Positions 61,250 through 64,000 of a stretch of DNA of 64,000 nt are shown piece by piece (position 1 is the first letter of the stretch; each line of letters starts with the position of its first letter). A model generated the notes under the pieces. The model had not been told where the DNA came from, did no database searches, and saw nothing but the letters and a program-made list of their open reading frames with translations. The position numbers were made by a program, and so were the translations under genes. Origin of the DNA: Dicyema japonicum (lineage: Eukaryota > Animalia > Dicyemida); the NCBI GenBank assembly GCA_011109175.1, contig RDEW01000030.1:614094-678093 (forward strand). Reading direction: 5' to 3'.

Positions 61250-62620
61250 TCATCTTGACCTTTATCTTTTATTTCCTAGAAAACGCAATAATATAAAAGA
61301 ATCAATTACAGTGAAGTAAATTGTTTCCTGAGTTTATGCGAAGAACAAGGAAACCTATTTCGGTAAAGGGTTATAAATACGAAGTATTCAAAGTCTTGAA
61401 AAAATAGCCCGACCGAGTTTCCTATGCAGAAATTCGAAGGGACAATTTCGGAAGGGAATAGGTCAATGGCAATTCTGGAAAGAATCAAACCACTATAAGA
61501 GAGTCCTAGAGTTACTAGAAGCTGAGATCAGTTAATTAGTTGACTTTGATACCTTGAGCATGAGGTTCTTCAACTGCATGGACTGGAAGTTTACTTCCCT
61601 TTCCACTGGTTCTGGGTTTTTTTGTGCGTGATAATAGAAGGTCTTATGACCACCTCTTATCATGTTCTGCCTCGCCTTCAATTTCTTCCCAGCGCCGGAT
61701 CTTTTTAATTATCTCTATGAGCATCTTCTTTTGGCTGAAAGGTTGGATATGTTTAAACCGTAAACCACTGTACTGAATTACCAAAATTAATCTATGGATG
61801 TAGTTACTATTTTTCAGTAAACCAACGACATTGGGAAACTTGTATTCTTCCAATGGAATATCGTATTTGGATGCAAAACACACAATTCCTCAATGGCCTA
61901 ATCGAAACAAGAAATCTGAGACATATTGTTCCTATGGTCATGGATAGCAAATAGCTAAAGAAGATTTTTCCACCATCTCAAAAGTCCTCAATGATGAAGA
62001 CAAACCATGATTTTGTATCAACTAGGGCCATTCCTTCCCTAAAAAGAAACGCTCTTCTGGATACTCCTCCCTAGCAATATACGATTCAGAAGCAATCCTC
62101 GATAGTGCTTCTAAAAGAATCCTTCCAGAAATACCTCTCACGTCAATAGACAATTCAGAGGCAACCCTTGATAGAGATTCCAGAACTCTTCATTTTTAGT
62201 ATTATATCATGAACCGTCCCTTGAGCACATATAATAAAAAACAATATTTTTTCTAGATTTATTATATTTAATGATTGTCCCTTCAATTTATTGATGGTCA
62301 TTTTAAAACTCTTTTTTTAATTTCCGTATATTTGAGTAAGAAACACAGCTAGACCAGCGGAACTAGCATAGTCCAGAGCAGTTCTGACGAACTGTTTGAA
62401 TATAAGTTTAAGGGTGTTTTTTTCTTGTCCAAATTTGACTCCAGAAACATCAGGTTAAGTTTCGTGTTGTCTTCAGGATGATCCGGTACACGTGGGAAGA
62501 GAAAGAGAGGGATTGGTCCTAAATGCTCCCACATATTTCTAAGTTTTTATCACAGAGAACATTCCCAGATACCTTCACTTCAGAATGAAAATTAAACTGT
62601 CTTAAAAATTTAATGTTGCA
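61250..62620 (-). mobile_element. Degenerate non-LTR fragments
   Basis: 62550-62610 resembles 1110-1190; short RT-flanking peptides. Confidence 0.4.
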
Positions 62621-63477
62621 AGTAAATCGATTGTCAAGTAGCCATGTACTTGTAACTTTTTCAAGGCTTCATAAGAGAGTGAGTTTTTTGTTTCTTAAAA
62701 TATTGCTTAAATTAAGGTTAAATAGAGCGGGAAAGAGGGCAGAGCTTTGCGAAACCCCGTCTGGTGATCTGACATTTATATTCGTCATTTTACGAAACAA
62801 AAAAACGTTAGCAATTTTTCTGCAAAATAATAATTGTTGGAGACCACGTGTCGTGATAAAGGCGAGAACGGTTAGGAGAGGCAGTTATGGTTATTGAATG
62901 CAATGGCGATAAAGTCAGTGAGTTTAATTAGATGGGAGGTTGTGGAATGTGGTGGACGTAAGCCATGTTGCGATTTTGATTGGTCGAACAAATAGTAGAT
63001 GAGGCTAAACCACGATTTTTTTTAATTTTGGAGGTGGCACAAAAAAAAGAAATAGGGAGGAAAGATTTTGGATCACGTGGATCCATGCTTGTTTTCAGAA
63101 TAGGAATGTTAGTTGATTTTCCATAAGACAGAGATATTCGACTTTATGGAATCAGTGAAAATTTCCATGAGAGCTCATAGCCCCTCTGAGCAGAGATTCT
63201 TCAGGTTGTAACTACAAATTCCATCCAGGATTCTTGCTGATGAGAGATCATTCTTAAAGCACTGTTGTCCACGTTGTGGGTTGTCAGAAACATCATGAGT
63301 TCATACCTTTACGGTATTCAGCTGTAGAATATTAAGGGCTTTAGAAGGACTCGGTTATATTCCACGTTTCTGAACATAAATAGTGACTTGAAGGGGATAG
63401 AAGGTATTTTAGTAGTTGCTATGGAGAAAATTAGCATCCAAATTTCTCCACGAGGAGATGACCGACATAGAAATTCT

Positions 63478-63723
63478 TTGTTTAGATTTATTAAATTAAA
63501 ATTATTCCAAAGACCAAGGGTAACCAAACTAACTAACTCCTTGATCCTGACTCGTTCCAGCATTCCAGAACTTGTCTCCAGGTAACGAAATTTTCACCCA
63601 GGGAAGAATAATCGGATCCTCTTGATGCCGATTGGACGTTTCCTCAGTAATGGATCCAATGACGCCATCTGAAAATAACTTATGACCAACTAGCCACATT
63701 AAACCACATGGAGCCACGCGGCC
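63478..63723 (-). mobile_element. SINE-like family B, copy B5 (tail A)
   Basis: Head ggccgcgtggctccatgtggt, core tggcgtcattggatcca...ggatcc, tail ttagttagtttggttacccttggtctttggaataa. Confidence 0.8.
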
Positions 63724-64000
63724 TATTTTTTTATTTTTTTTATTTTAAAGCCTTAAGACCACCAAGAAAAAAAGAATTAACTCTAAATTAAGTGATCCCA
63801 GCCTCCAACATGTCTCCTATTCTCTTCGAATGCTCCGCCATGCGGCCTAAAAAAACTGAATTAATCTTTTTTAACTTTGTATTTCTTCTCCTTTGCTCTC
63901 ATCGTTTTACGTGGCATAGAGTGTGTCTACCGCGCTCCCGACAATGTTGGATTGGGCAAAGGGGGTCGACACAAGTAGCATCCCAGACCAAAGGTTCCTT

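Noticed and set aside
1-64000. CRISPR arrays or prokaryotic operons
   Set aside because: No regularly spaced repeat-spacer array; genes have spliceosomal introns and the repeats are dispersed retroposons.

Overview
AT-rich eukaryotic nuclear DNA, most likely from a reduced parasitic animal. Real genes are cut by dense GT-AG micro-introns, mostly 22-28 nt, so the ORF track shows them only as fragments. Hand splicing recovers about 11 protein genes: NOP16-like, an ENPP/NPP phosphodiesterase, GAPVD1/RME-6, GMP synthase (15 micro-introns, complete), zeta-crystallin/CRYZ, a kinesin-14-like protein with a degenerate motor, NUP35, an orphan Cys-rich type I membrane protein, a small single-pass membrane protein, and two paralogous type II membrane proteins sharing an unrecognised C-terminal domain. 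Animal-type genes, micro-introns and compact rDNA suggest a dicyemid mesozoan (inference only). Intergenic DNA is a layered set of mobile elements: CRE, R4/Dong, RTE-like and I/Jockey-like non-LTR fragments, a MULE, a hAT/Buster with TIRs and TSD, and an internally deleted rDNA orphon. There are at least three SINE-like families. One is young and shares its 3' end with an RTE LINE in the window. Another keeps the same head and core but carries 3' tails from two different LINEs. Coordinates and exon joins were read by eye; repeat boundaries are approximate.
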